Shown: positions 54,300-64,000 of the stretch, one piece after another | Layout of the letters: the number at the start of each line of letters is the position of its first letter | Numbering within the stretch: the first letter of the stretch is position 1 | DNA from: an uncultured Actinomycetota bacterium | Lineage (GTDB): Bacteria; Actinomycetota; Actinomycetes; Mycobacteriales; Mycobacteriaceae | DNA: 64,000 bases | NCBI GenBank assembly: GCA_963715215.1 | Contig: CAVQRJ010000020.1 | Coordinates: 352,343 to 416,342 of the forward strand | Direction of reading: 5' to 3' | Notes under the pieces: generated by a model | What the model saw: only the letters and a program-made list of their open reading frames with translations | What the model was told of the DNA's origin: nothing | The model's database searches: none | Made by a program: the position numbers and the translations under genes

Positions 54300-54944
54300 C
54301 GTCCCTCCTCGCCGCGGCCGCGATCTCGTCCCGGCAGATCGAGGAAGCCTGGAGAATATCCGGCCAACTGACAGTGATAATACGAGGTGAACCTGAGCCG
54401 TACCACCCAGCCCACTGTCGGTGCGGGTGCCGGGGTGTGCTTTGGGTCGGGCCTGGTAGACCGTGGCGGGGGTGGCTCGGTGGGGCAGTGAGCGGTGGGG
54501 GCGGCGGCGCGCGCTGGACTCGACGGTGCTCAACGATGCGGTCGCCACCCAGGGACACGATCACCCAGCTCGCAGTGTGCTTGCTTGGGCGAGCAGACCG
54601 CTACCGGCCCCGGGAGTTCGGCATACACGAGTCGGACGGCGCTCCTGACGAAAAGGAGAGCCGTCCGAAGCACGAACACCTGGTTACCAAGCGTGCATGA
54701 TGGCACGGTGAAATGTGGCCTCGGCGTCAGGAGAGATTTCCCCGCCCTGACGCAAGCCCACCGCGCTGTGCCCAGTTGATGGGCCTCGCTTTGCGTGGGT
54801 GCCTAGTGCTCGTGCTGGGCGCCACAGCCGAGAGGAGGAAACTTCTCTTCCGGTCCGACCTTGGTCTGCCGTGGATCCGTACCTTAAGTCTACCCCGCCT
54901 ATCCAGGTAAAGCACAGGTAAAGCAACAGTAAAATGAGTTGGGC

Positions 54945-55080
54945 CGAACGTTCAACGGGCATCTCGCCGACCATCACCAATTCCTGTTCGCGCCCATGTT
55001 GGGCCGGATCGCCAGCATCGACGCCGATATCGCCCGACATCGACGAGCAGATCGAGGCGCGTCTGGCCCCTTTCATGTGG
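54945..55080 (+). pseudogene. IS110 transposase internal fragment
   Basis: DHHQFLFAPMLGRIASIDADI...EQIEARLAPF. Confidence 0.55.
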
Positions 55081-55233
55081 AAGGCGATCCTGGACACCAG
55101 GGTCCGCATCGCCGAAGACCTGGGCGCAGCGCCGGCACCCCTGGTGCTCGCGCAGGTGGAGTGCTACACCAGAAGGAGCGCAGCCAGCCGACACCCGTCG
55201 CGGTGGCGAGGTGCGGCAACCAGCATGTAGGAG

Positions 55234-55704
55234 GTGGTTGCTGTGCTTCATCCCGATCCCTTCCGTGACATCGACAGACTCGCCGCGCAGCTGCTCGGTA
55301 CATCGCCCGGATCCGCCCGAGTCCCACTGGCCATGCCGATGGACCTCTACCGCTCCGGCGATCACTACGTGCTGCACGCGGACCTGCCGGGCGTGGACCC
55401 CGATTCGGTGGACGTCAGCGTTGATGGCGGCATCCTCACCGTGACGGCACAACGCAGCGAACGCACCGAACAAGACGTGCAGTGGCTGAGCTGCGAGCGC
55501 TTCACCGGCGGTTTCATGCGCCGCCTGTCCCTCGGTGCGGACATCGACGCCGAGCACATCGCCGCCACCTATCAGAACGGGGTGCTGACCGTAACCCTGC
55601 CCGTGGCGGCAAGGGCCAAGCCGCACCGCATTGAGATCACCCACGGGGCACGTGAGGAAACAAAGGTCATCGAGCCCAGCGACTCATCCGACACCACGAC
55701 CTAA
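55234..55704 (+). CDS. Hsp20/alpha-crystallin small heat-shock protein
   Basis: DPFRDIDRL, PMDLYR, ADLPG and YQNGVLTV. Confidence 0.92.
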   Translation: MVAVLHPDPFRDIDRLAAQLLGTSPGSARVPLAMPMDLYRSGDHYVLHADLPGVDPDSVDVSVDGGILTVTAQRSERTEQDVQWLSCERFTGGFMRRLSLGADIDAEHIAATYQNGVLTVTLPVAARAKPHRIEITHGAREETKVIEPSDSSDTTT

Positions 55705-55779
55705 CCTCTCGTCACCGACTGTGACGACGATGCAGAGGTCGATCAGCGGCAGGGCCGCGGGTTTCGAGGTGGCGTATGC

Positions 55780-56040
55780 GACCACGGCCGGCGATCAGAT
55801 TCGGGTGCCGTTGGTGGATGCGCGTGGTCGCTGCGGTTGGAGTCGGTTCCGCCTGTTCGCCGGGGCAGCTCGTATCGAGGGCAACGCCATCTGTCGGGCC
55901 GGTGGTGGTCGGCCACCGATGGGCGGCATGTCGGGTCCGAGTCGTGGCTGGAACGCGACCTGATGCTGCTGGACTTCGACCCGACGGTGATCGCTATCGG
56001 CTCCCAGCCGTTTTGGCTGCGGTGGAGTGAGGGGTCCGGT
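55780..56040 (+). pseudogene. TnsA-like endonuclease N-terminal fragment
   Basis: YRGQRHLSGRWWSAT...ESWLERD...LDFDP...SQPFWL. Confidence 0.75.
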
Positions 56041-56260
56041 AGGCCGGTGGCGCGGCGGCGGCATCGCGATCGCGCACCATGCCATGCAGATGTTGTGCAG
56101 CCGGTCGGTTCCGGTCATAGATTCCCGCGAACGGATCACTGCTTTACATAGAAGCTCTATGTTTTGTTTCTCTCCGGAAGCGCCCCGCCGGGGCCCGACA
56201 ACTCGATCGCGGCGAGCGAGCGGCCGTATCTCGGGCGTGTCCACGCCCAAGGAGTGAATC

Positions 56261-56503
56261 ATGACCATCAAGCGACGCTACTTACCGCCGATGTTGTTGG
56301 CGGTGGCTGCCGCGGCATCGATTGCCACCGCACCCGCCGCGCTGGCCGAACAATCCTGCACCTATCTCAGCGGGAACAGCACCGTCTGCCAGACACCTGG
56401 AAATGCGCAGATCGTCAACTCGCCGCCCCCGGTGCAGTACGCCCCGCAGTTTCCCTACTTCGGCGGCAACGCGCTCCTCTTCCACCATGGCGGACATCGC
56501 TAG
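56261..56503 (+). CDS. Small secreted mycobacterial protein
   Basis: Signal peptide ...AALA, then SC...TVCQTPGNAQI. Confidence 0.7.
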   Translation: MTIKRRYLPPMLLAVAAAASIATAPAALAEQSCTYLSGNSTVCQTPGNAQIVNSPPPVQYAPQFPYFGGNALLFHHGGHR

Positions 56504-56623
56504 AACCCTGCGAACACTTGGTCAGCCTTCGAGACCCAGCTGTGGCGATTGGCCGTACGGCGGACTCGGTTGTGGTGATCTGCCAGACCGGCGTTGGACG
56601 GTTCTACTACAAAGGCGTTGTAT

Positions 56624-57199
56624 TTAGGACGGGTTACACAGCGAGACCGTTGGGCGTAGGCACCTTGGCGAATCAGCTTGGGACTGACGTCGTTTGGCCG
56701 AAGCACGGCGGTCCCATAGGCCCCGGCCAGCGGCCTTCGCATCCTGTTCGGCAGCTGCAACCTCGTCGGCTCGCGCCGAGGGATGGCCGTGATAGATGTA
56801 GGAATGGGCAGCACCCGCACGGGCGGCTTCGACCGAGTAATCCCAACCATCGGCCTTGTCCAGGTAGGCCAAGGTGCGGCCGAAGCGGTCGTACATGCCC
56901 TGGCTCGGATCGGTGACGAAGGCGACACGTTGCCCAAGCAGCGTCGATTTCGCGAACTCGGTTGCCTGCGGACCCCAGCAGCCGACGGTGTAGCCGGGCT
57001 TCTTGGTTTCAGGGGTATCGATGCCCAACAGGCGGATGCGTAGCCGCCCTCGAACGTCGTCGACGATGTCAACGGTGTCGCCGTCCACCACCTTCAACAC
57101 GGTTGCCGTCGTGGCTACCGGATCGGCATGCGCTGCGGAGCTGGCGATGACCGAACACGCGGGCACCACCGCGGCGACGAATCGGGTCAGGGTTCGCAT
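56624..57199 (-). CDS. Secreted thermonuclease (SNase-like), late frameshift
   Basis: VVDGDT, RLLGIDTPE, DRFGRTLAY and GRGLW. Confidence 0.9.
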   Translation of the reverse strand: MRTLTRFVAAVVPACSVIASSAAHADPVATTATVLKVVDGDTVDIVDDVRGRLRIRLLGIDTPETKKPGYTVGCWGPQATEFAKSTLLGQRVAFVTDPSQGMYDRFGRTLAYLDKADGWDYSVEAARAGAAHSYIYHGHPSARADEVAAAEQDAKAAGRGLWDRRASAKRRQSQADSPRCLRPTVSLCNPS

Positions 57200-57688
57200 G
57201 CGTGGAATATGCCGTCAGGGACTGACATGTATGACGGCGTCTCGGGCAGGCAAGCGCGCACTTCTAAAGATTGCCATTCGCAGGCCCCCAACCAGCAGCC
57301 CGCGGCATGTAGGTCCGACAACAGTCGCCGCACCTGGAGCTCGCCGAACAAGGAGGGCACCCAGCACCGCAGTCGCGACCATCAGACCCTTCGTGAGGGT
57401 TGGTGGTCGTCATCTTGATCATCCCCTCGTCTTGCTCAGAGATCCCGTGTTCTCAGCCCAAGATGTCGGGGCACAGCCAGAACTCGGCTTCGGTTGGCCA
57501 CCAGCGTGCTCGGCCCCGGCTGCCCGGCGCAAACCTGCAGCCCCTCGTTGAGGCGGTCCTGGTCGGAACCCGGCACCCCCTCCGTAGCCAGCTCGCGCCC
57601 CCTGGGGAACCCGTACCCCCATACCAACGCCACCACGGCCCGCTGTGTTGATCGCTGCGCGGGTCGACGCGCACGCAGACAGGAAACG

Positions 57689-58081
57689 CTACATCCGCGC
57701 GGCGGGACCCCCGCCAACAACCCACTCGCGTGCTTTGTCGGCGTCAGCGGTCGGGAACGCACGCCACTCCCCAGACACCAGGAAACCAAAGAAACCCAAG
57801 AACTTCGCCGCGTGTCTCATCCATTCCACGTCAGTGACCATCGCGGCGCGTTCCCAGTCGCGGAGGTGGCTGAAGCCGACCTTCGTATCTTCCCAGACCG
57901 CGCCGGGATCGAGTCCGCCGTAATCAGGCGCGATCTCACAGTAGATCCGCACCTTTTTGTGCCGACTCAGTTTGTCTTCGATGTCCGGTACCAGCACCGT
58001 TTCGTAATCAGCCCTCGTCACATGCCCATGGCACGCAATCGCTATGACGTTGTCGGGAAAATCCTTCAGCGCCTCGATCAC
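57689..58081 (-). CDS. STAS/SEC14 (SpoIIAA-like) protein
   Basis: AVWEDTKVG...ERAAMVTDVEW. Confidence 0.85.
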   Translation of the reverse strand: MIEALKDFPDNVIAIACHGHVTRADYETVLVPDIEDKLSRHKKVRIYCEIAPDYGGLDPGAVWEDTKVGFSHLRDWERAAMVTDVEWMRHAAKFLGFFGFLVSGEWRAFPTADADKAREWVVGGGPAARM

Positions 58082-58374
58082 GATGTCCTCCTCAACCGTC
58101 GTGTCGTCATCGTTTCTTCGCCGAGCGTCCTGGTGTGAGAGGCCAAAGTCACTGGGGTACTACATCTGACTCGAACAGCTCGCCTGTGAGAGTTGTTGCG
58201 ATAGAGGGCCCGGCCCCGGTTCAACGGACCCGCCCCTGGTTCCAGGTCTCACCCCTTCAGCTGCCTGAAGGCACCCAGCTGGTGCCCGCGGGCAGAAATT
58301 ATGCCGTGTTGCCGGACCTGCCCATGACCAGGCAAGACGATCTAGGGGCGCCCTCGACATAACCGTGTGCTCGT

Positions 58375-58575
58375 CATAGGGCACGCGGTCGCCGAGGTCC
58401 TTGTCGACGTTGCGCCAATACTCAAAGGCACTTGCTCGGGCGCCGCCAGCGGATTGTCTTTGCTACTGCCTGCTTTGCTGCAGAGTCTCCAGGCCCAGGC
58501 TTGGGCGACGCGCGCACCTAGGTCGGGATCCACTTGCGTCCAGTAGTCGTTGACCGCGCGTTCCTGGACGACGCG
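58375..58575 (-). pseudogene. Two tandem catalase C-terminal fragments
   Basis: RAVNDYWTQVDPDLGARV and AFEYWRNVDKDLGDRV. Confidence 0.6.
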
Positions 58576-59365
58576 CTCCACCCCCTGGCTTAATGCCGCA
58601 CATTCAGGAGGACCTTCCGGGGCCCGCGACGCCGCGGGTCGCCACGATCAACGACCCGACGCAGCCGACCACCGAGACGTCACCCATCTCTCGATACTCC
58701 TCCAACACGCACTCCCGACGCACCCGCGTCCCCTTGTCCGAGGTCACACGCATCGATGTCGACGGCGTCTACGCCCTTGGTGTTGGCAGCGGAGGCGCCG
58801 GTGAGTCGGACATCCCGTTTTGCCTGAGTGGGGTGCAGGGAGTTGCGGTTCAGGATGCCCTCGCGGAGGCCGAGTTGACGGAGCTGTTCGAGGTCTTCTC
58901 GTCGATCACGAGGCGTGGGAGGAGCTTGACAAAAGGGCGGTGTCAACGGTATTGGTCAACATTGTTGACACGGTTTCGAAGAGGGTGTTTACTTGGGGGT
59001 CTAGCAGCAGAAACCACGCGCCGAATGATTGTCATTCGTTGGCAAATCGTTCCTTTTCGGGATCGCGTTCGGCGCGGTGGCGCTGTTGGGGTCCGCGTGC
59101 TGCTGGCCGACCCAGGTTCCCCTGGCTCGGTCAGTGGTCGCGGGTCGACAACCGACGGGCACTCGGTACGTTGAGGGGCCTCGTGAGCAACCGGGCATAG
59201 CCGCTGCGAAGTTGAACGACTACACGCGCGCATTGCGAGAAAGTACGACCTGACTGTGGACCAGATTGCCTTGGACGCAATCCAATCACGATTTGCGGAG
59301 CTGTCTTGAGATCCGCTTATCAGAAGTCACAGGGGGAAGGGAGAAGTCAGTTGACGGGTGACACC

Positions 59366-59677
59366 GGAATGGCCGTGATGGAGTTGCAATGCCCGAATAG
59401 GCACCTCGTGGGCCGAATTATCAAACACTCTGTGGGGAGTCCGCTGCTGCTCGACATGCCAAAACGGCTGCAAGAGGATTGGAAACAAGTCTCCGAGCGA
59501 CCCATGCTCACCACGCACTGTGGGGTGTGCAAGCGGGCGGTCAGCAAGGCAACCGACACGGTTAAGGAGCGAGTTGACAGGCTGAGTGATGACGAATGGG
59601 AGCACAAGAACCAGTACGTGCTGCCGTTCCTAATAACGAGTGAGGACTGGGCGCAAACTGCCTACACCGCTCCATGA
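59366..59677 (+). CDS. Hypothetical protein with a possible Zn ribbon
   Basis: CPNRH and HCGVCK; start uncertain. Confidence 0.45.
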   Translation, partial: GMAVMELQCPNRHLVGRIIKHSVGSPLLLDMPKRLQEDWKQVSERPMLTTHCGVCKRAVSKATDTVKERVDRLSDDEWEHKNQYVLPFLITSEDWAQTAYTAP

Positions 59678-59857
59678 GCGTGTCGGGGCCCCGGCACAGC
59701 ACCTGGCGCTGCGAATGCGGCTTGAAGTGCGGATTCACCGAAAGGTGTTGATGCCTCAACCCGGGAGGCAGCCGTAAAACCGCACAGTATGGGGCTGGCG
59801 TTGTTGGCGCGTCGCTGAGACTGCCGTCGCTGAGAACCACCTCCAGCAAGCAACAAC

Positions 59858-60163
59858 TCAGGAGGCTGCCCCCCGTGCGTGCTGGGCGAACGCCTCGGCC
59901 TGCAGTTCCAGGGCAAGCAGCTGCGGATCTTCTCCGGTCTCCGGCGAAACCACGTCGAAACGCGTGTGGCCCTTGGACCCGAACAGCGCCACGGTGACGA
60001 TGTCGCCCTCGTAGAACCGGCCGAGCGACACCACGGTCGACGTGCCACCGGAAAGCATCACCAGCGCTGGAGCATTGTCCACGTCGTTCTCGGCCTCCGG
60101 ATCTTCGGTAGTCGGGAACACCTGAGCCGTGACCTCGACGAACTCCTGGCCGAGCAGCCACAA
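59858..60163 (-). CDS. Hypothetical protein
   Basis: Protein-like acidic composition; no motif recognised. Confidence 0.4.
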   Translation of the reverse strand: MWLLGQEFVEVTAQVFPTTEDPEAENDVDNAPALVMLSGGTSTVVSLGRFYEGDIVTVALFGSKGHTRFDVVSPETGEDPQLLALELQAEAFAQHARGAAS

Positions 60164-60635
60164 GGTCTGGTCGATCGGCCAGCCAGTAGTCCGCGTTCTT
60201 GTTGAGCTGCCGGTGCCGATCGATGTCGGGCCCGTCGGTGGTGGCGGGGATGAACCCCAACTCTGCCGTCAGCTCACGCAGCCTGTTCATATCGATCATC
60301 CTGGCAGCCTGTTCATCGTGAACCCATCGTCCCTCCGACACTGGGGAGCCACCTGAAGGGGCGGGACCGTCCGTCGTCATCATGGCGGATCGAACCTCCC
60401 TCCCCGCCAGCGACGTGGACCAGCGAGGAATACACCGTCGGAGACTTGGTGTCGGTGCGGCCATACAGAGGCTCGTTCGAACCAGTCGGGATGGCGCATC
60501 CAGTGACCTCGCACATCGAACCACTGGCAGCCGAGGCACGCCCCGTGCGCAGTAGAGGGCACCGCGTCAAGCACGACTCCCGGATGTTGGACCGGCCACA
60601 GCGCCCGGTCTATCGGTCAGGTACGGCCCTGAAGG

Positions 60636-60965
60636 TCATCCCTCGCCGCCAAGCTCGGTTTGGTCCCGCTCAGTCTCGGCGGTGTCCTGGGCCATCACCG
60701 ACTCGTCGAGCCACTTCTGGACATCGCCGCCGAGGCGGTCCGCGGACAGGTGGGCGAAGTCGAGGGCCTGTACCGCCATCGCTGCCAAGACCTTCATGGC
60801 CCGTCCGCTGCGGTGGATCTCCGCCATCAGCGCACCGAGCGCCTGATTGTCTTCGGCGCACAACGCCGACAGGTACCGGCGGGCATCCGCGAACTCCTGG
60901 TCGACGTGGGCCATCTTCTTCCGGAACTCGTCGGGCGACGGCAGGTCGTCGGGCGTGTCGGTCAT
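60636..60965 (-). CDS. Hypothetical helical protein
   Basis: Protein-like ORF, 109 aa; no motif recognised. Confidence 0.5.
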   Translation of the reverse strand: MTDTPDDLPSPDEFRKKMAHVDQEFADARRYLSALCAEDNQALGALMAEIHRSGRAMKVLAAMAVQALDFAHLSADRLGGDVQKWLDESVMAQDTAETERDQTELGGEG

Positions 60966-61314
60966 GGGTTTATCTTTCGGTGGTGGACCAATCCCATTTT
61001 GGGGTTGGTTTGTGCTGGTGGTTACTTTCTGGGCTTTTTGCCCAGCATGCGGAGTTCGCCTGGCAGGACAAGTACGGGTCAGCGCCCGTCAGTCGGAGTC
61101 GAGCATGTGGGCAAGCATCCGGAGCGGCACGCGGTGTCCCAACGTCAGGCAGGCCCGGCCTCAGACGTCGGAAACCTACGACTGTTCGCGGGCTCTCCGG
61201 ACCTTGAGGTCCACACGTCCGCTGCGGCGGAGACAGCACTGCTAGTCGGACTCGTCGCCATCATCGCGGCACCTTTCTCGGTGATGCATGGCGCCGTCCA
61301 GTTTTTGTGCATGC

Positions 61315-61785
61315 TCAGGCGAGGTCGGGCGGAAGCGCCCATGCCACGGAGAACCCGTCCCGATCGACCTTCGGTTCCAGCTTCACCAGGCCACCCATCT
61401 GGAAGCCGACCACCTGGGCCTGCTCGTCGCCTACGACCAGCAACGAGGCAAGCCTGCCGAGGAAAGGCATGTGGCCGACGAGCGCAAGCGACTGGTGCTC
61501 GGTCTCCGCTCGAAGCCACTGCGCGACCGGTACCACCGGGTCATTCGGCGCAAGACCCGGTCGAGCCTCGACGCTCGGCTCCACGCCGATCTCCCTCACC
61601 AGCAGCTGCGCAGTCTGCTCTGCGCGCAGCTTTCCGCTGTGCAGGCAGCCGCTGATCCGGACGTCAGCGGCCCGGGCTCTCTTAGCGACACGCTGCACCG
61701 CCGCTCGACCGGCATCCGTGAGGGGTCGCTCGGGATCCTCTGTTTCGGTCGTCGCCTGACCGTGCTGCATCAAGTACAGGTCCAT
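61315..61785 (-). CDS. sixA: SixA-like phosphohistidine phosphatase
   Basis: LYLMQHG, RPLTDAG, HSGKLRAEQTA and LVGHMP. Confidence 0.88.
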   Translation of the reverse strand: MDLYLMQHGQATTETEDPERPLTDAGRAAVQRVAKRARAADVRISGCLHSGKLRAEQTAQLLVREIGVEPSVEARPGLAPNDPVVPVAQWLRAETEHQSLALVGHMPFLGRLASLLVVGDEQAQVVGFQMGGLVKLEPKVDRDGFSVAWALPPDLA

Positions 61786-61949
61786 GTCGGTTGCCTCCGA
61801 TGGTTCCACCATCATCCCGCGGACGCGCGGTCGTGAAGAGTGCGGAGCATCGGGCGTTGTGCACCGAAGACCGTGGTCTGCGACACCCGCGACTTCGGCA
61901 TCGGCCCGGCGGGTCACTACGGCATAGACCCAAACTTGGTCTGACCGTG

Positions 61950-62240
61950 AACTTCACCCCGACCAAGCGGCTAGTTCGAGACGGCAGGCAACTTGAGCAC
62001 CCGATTGTCTTGGCTATCGGTGACGTAGAGGTTGCCTCCGCTGTCGACGGCCACCCCGACGGGGTGATTGAGGCCAGTAAACGGCAATTCGATTGGGGTG
62101 GTGCCGCCGTCGGCCAGCTGGAGCACACGCCGTCGGCCAGCTTGAGCACACAATTGTTCTGGCTGGCGGTGATGTAGACGTTGCCTCCAGTGTCGACGGC
62201 GACCCCATAAGGTCCGGTGAGACCAGTGAAGGGCAGCACG
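61950..62240 (-). pseudogene. NHL-repeat (PknD-type propeller) fragment
   Basis: LPFTGLTGPYGVAVD and LPFTGLNHPVGVAVDSGGNLYVTD. Confidence 0.8.
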
Positions 62241-62487
62241 GTTCAAGTGGCGAAGGCTCCTCGGCCTCGTGATGGCGTTTCAGGCTGCATGGATGGGTTA
62301 TTCAGCGCTCATGTGGGGGATAGAGGTTGGCTGCGTCCGCTCCCCTTACGAGGCGAACCCCGGGGGCAGCCCTGAGGTTGAGAACACAGCACAGCCCGGG
62401 TTCGCCGCCTATCAGCCCTGCTTGCGATGAAGAAGGTAGCGGTCGGTTATCGGCCATCGGTGGCAATGGTCGGATAGGTTCCTGATC

Positions 62488-63156
62488 ATGGTCAGCGGGC
62501 ATGACGAGGACTCTCAACTCGCGCGGGCACTGGCCGGAGGCAAGCCTCATCCCACCGGATGGTTCCGGCTGTACTTCGAGGACGAGCGGTGGGAATGGTC
62601 ACCCGAAGTCGAACGACTGCACGGCTATGAACCCGGCACCGCAAAACCAACAACGGGCATGGTGCTGTCACATAAGCATCCCGAGGACTACGAGCAGGTA
62701 GCCGCCACACTGGACGACATCCGTCGAACGCATCAGCCGTTCAGCACCCGCCACCGCATCATCGACGTCCAGGGCCGCATCCATGACGTCATCGTGGTCG
62801 CCGAACTCTTGCGCGATGAGGGCGGCGAAGTGATCGGCACGAACGGTTTCTATGTCGACGTGAGCTTCCCACCCGAGGAGCGCGAATCATTCATCAGCGC
62901 AGCCGTCGCCGACATCGCAGCCAACCGGGCCGTCATCGAACAAGTCAAGGGCATCTTGATGATTGTCTATCGCATCGACGCCGACGCGGCGTTCGACCTC
63001 CTCACATGGCGGTCGCAGGCAGCCAACATCAAGCTGCGGGTGCTGGCCGAACAGCTCCTGGCCGATTTTCGGGCACTCAACTACGACGAAACCCTGCCCT
63101 CACGCCCAGTGTTCGACCAATTACTGCTAACCGCCCACAACCGTGTCCGGCGGTGA
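62488..63156 (+). CDS. PAS + ANTAR domain protein
   Basis: WEWSPEVERLHGY...HKHPED; IEQVKGILM...AFDLLTWRSQ. Confidence 0.9.
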   Translation: MVSGHDEDSQLARALAGGKPHPTGWFRLYFEDERWEWSPEVERLHGYEPGTAKPTTGMVLSHKHPEDYEQVAATLDDIRRTHQPFSTRHRIIDVQGRIHDVIVVAELLRDEGGEVIGTNGFYVDVSFPPEERESFISAAVADIAANRAVIEQVKGILMIVYRIDADAAFDLLTWRSQAANIKLRVLAEQLLADFRALNYDETLPSRPVFDQLLLTAHNRVRR

Positions 63157-63237
63157 CGTGTGACCGCGAAACCGTCGATGCCCACACCGTCGGCGAGTTC
63201 GTCCCTTGGACCGCAACGATCGTAAGAGGAGCGATAC

Positions 63238-63606
63238 ATGATCGAATACAACCTCGATACCGAGCATTCCATCCTGCTCGTGCAACCAAAATCGGCGATC
63301 GAGCAGGACGACTTCGTGAAACTCGCGAAGGTGGTCGACTCGCACATCGAGGCAACCGGTGGTCTGGCTGGCCTCATCGTCGACGCTCCGTCGTTCCCCG
63401 GATGGAAGAGTTTTGGGGCAATGGTCAACCAGTTTCGCTTTGTTCGCGATCATCACAAGCGCATCAAGAGAATCGCAGTCGTAACGGACTCCCACCTGGG
63501 AGATGTCGCAGAGCATTTAACGTCACACTTTGTGTCAGCGGAGATCAGGCATTTCCCCGCTGGGCAGATCGAGGCAGCAAGACAATGGATCATGAATGGC
63601 TCGTGA
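63238..63606 (+). CDS. STAS/SEC14 (SpoIIAA-like) protein
   Basis: FPGW...HFRFVRDHH-type motif, RIAVVTD, ARQWI. Confidence 0.85.
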   Translation: MIEYNLDTEHSILLVQPKSAIEQDDFVKLAKVVDSHIEATGGLAGLIVDAPSFPGWKSFGAMVNQFRFVRDHHKRIKRIAVVTDSHLGDVAEHLTSHFVSAEIRHFPAGQIEAARQWIMNGS

Positions 63607-64000
63607 TGCGTTGAGGCCGAGTGGCCACCACCGCGACGGCAAGATCAACGGCATAGATGTCACGGGCGAAGTCCGATAGCGCCCACTGTGCGGCATACGG
63701 CTCAAGGCTGGTCGGTATCCAAGTCCGGCGCAAACGGACCAACGGAGCACTCGGTCCTGTCGTCTGGCGCGGCAAGGGTGTCGACGGTATCTCGTGACGC
63801 GTCTAAAAAGTTCATCCGAGGCCACCGGCGGCGCGTGCGTCACTGTCCGCGCGACTACAAGGACGACATTGTCGCAGACCTGTGCGAAACCGCAGTTCTG
63901 GTGCAGGATGCCGCTAACGCGGCTTGAGCCGAAAGACAGGGATACGGCGGCCGATGAGGTCTGTCTTTAGGCGATAGTCGCCCCAACCTGGTAGACCTGC

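Noticed and set aside
54904-54925. CAGGTAAAGCA tandem duplication and a CTTAAGT half-site upstream of hsp20
   Set aside because: Only two copies and no complete HAIR (HspR) inverted repeat.
21860-58152. Identical 14-mer GAGGCCAAAGTCAC at 21860 and 58139 (weakly DosR-like)
   Set aside because: A few 14-mer matches are expected by chance in 64 kb, and the contexts are unrelated.

Overview
GC-rich accessory DNA from a mycobacterium (inferred from many Mycobacteriaceae-type genes), resembling a plasmid or a heavily rearranged genomic island. Region 1-16.2 kb is a stress island: the end of a PDH E2/ACP cluster, a persulfide-detoxification locus (CsoR/CstR-type repressor, TauE, rhodanese, persulfide dioxygenase-rhodanese, thioredoxin, a small Cys-rich ORF), DosR-regulon-like remnants, an HTH-adenylyl cyclase-YHS gene and a copper locus (multicopper oxidase, cupredoxin-P1B ATPase, DUF302). 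Region 16.7-29.1 kb is nested mobile DNA: a DUF6431/DDE/ExeA-ATPase element split by a Tn554-like triad, an IS1634 remnant, and an IS6 carrying two IS110-family insertions. For one of these, all four bridge/seekRNA guide segments can be read from the sequence. Region 29-47.5 kb holds methylated-amine/betaine catabolism genes (GMC, DAO-type oxidases, enolase-superfamily racemase, Rieske demethylase plus reductase, StcD-like flavoprotein, LysR regulators, transporters). Region 45-51.6 kb has a triple in-frame gene chimera, a second Tn554-like element and TniB/TniQ remnants. Region 51.6-64 kb is a patchwork of gene fragments and small genes. Many genes carry isolated single-base frameshifts, possibly sequencing error. 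No CRISPR array, rRNA or tRNA was seen. All calls come from motif recognition by eye; no searches were run.
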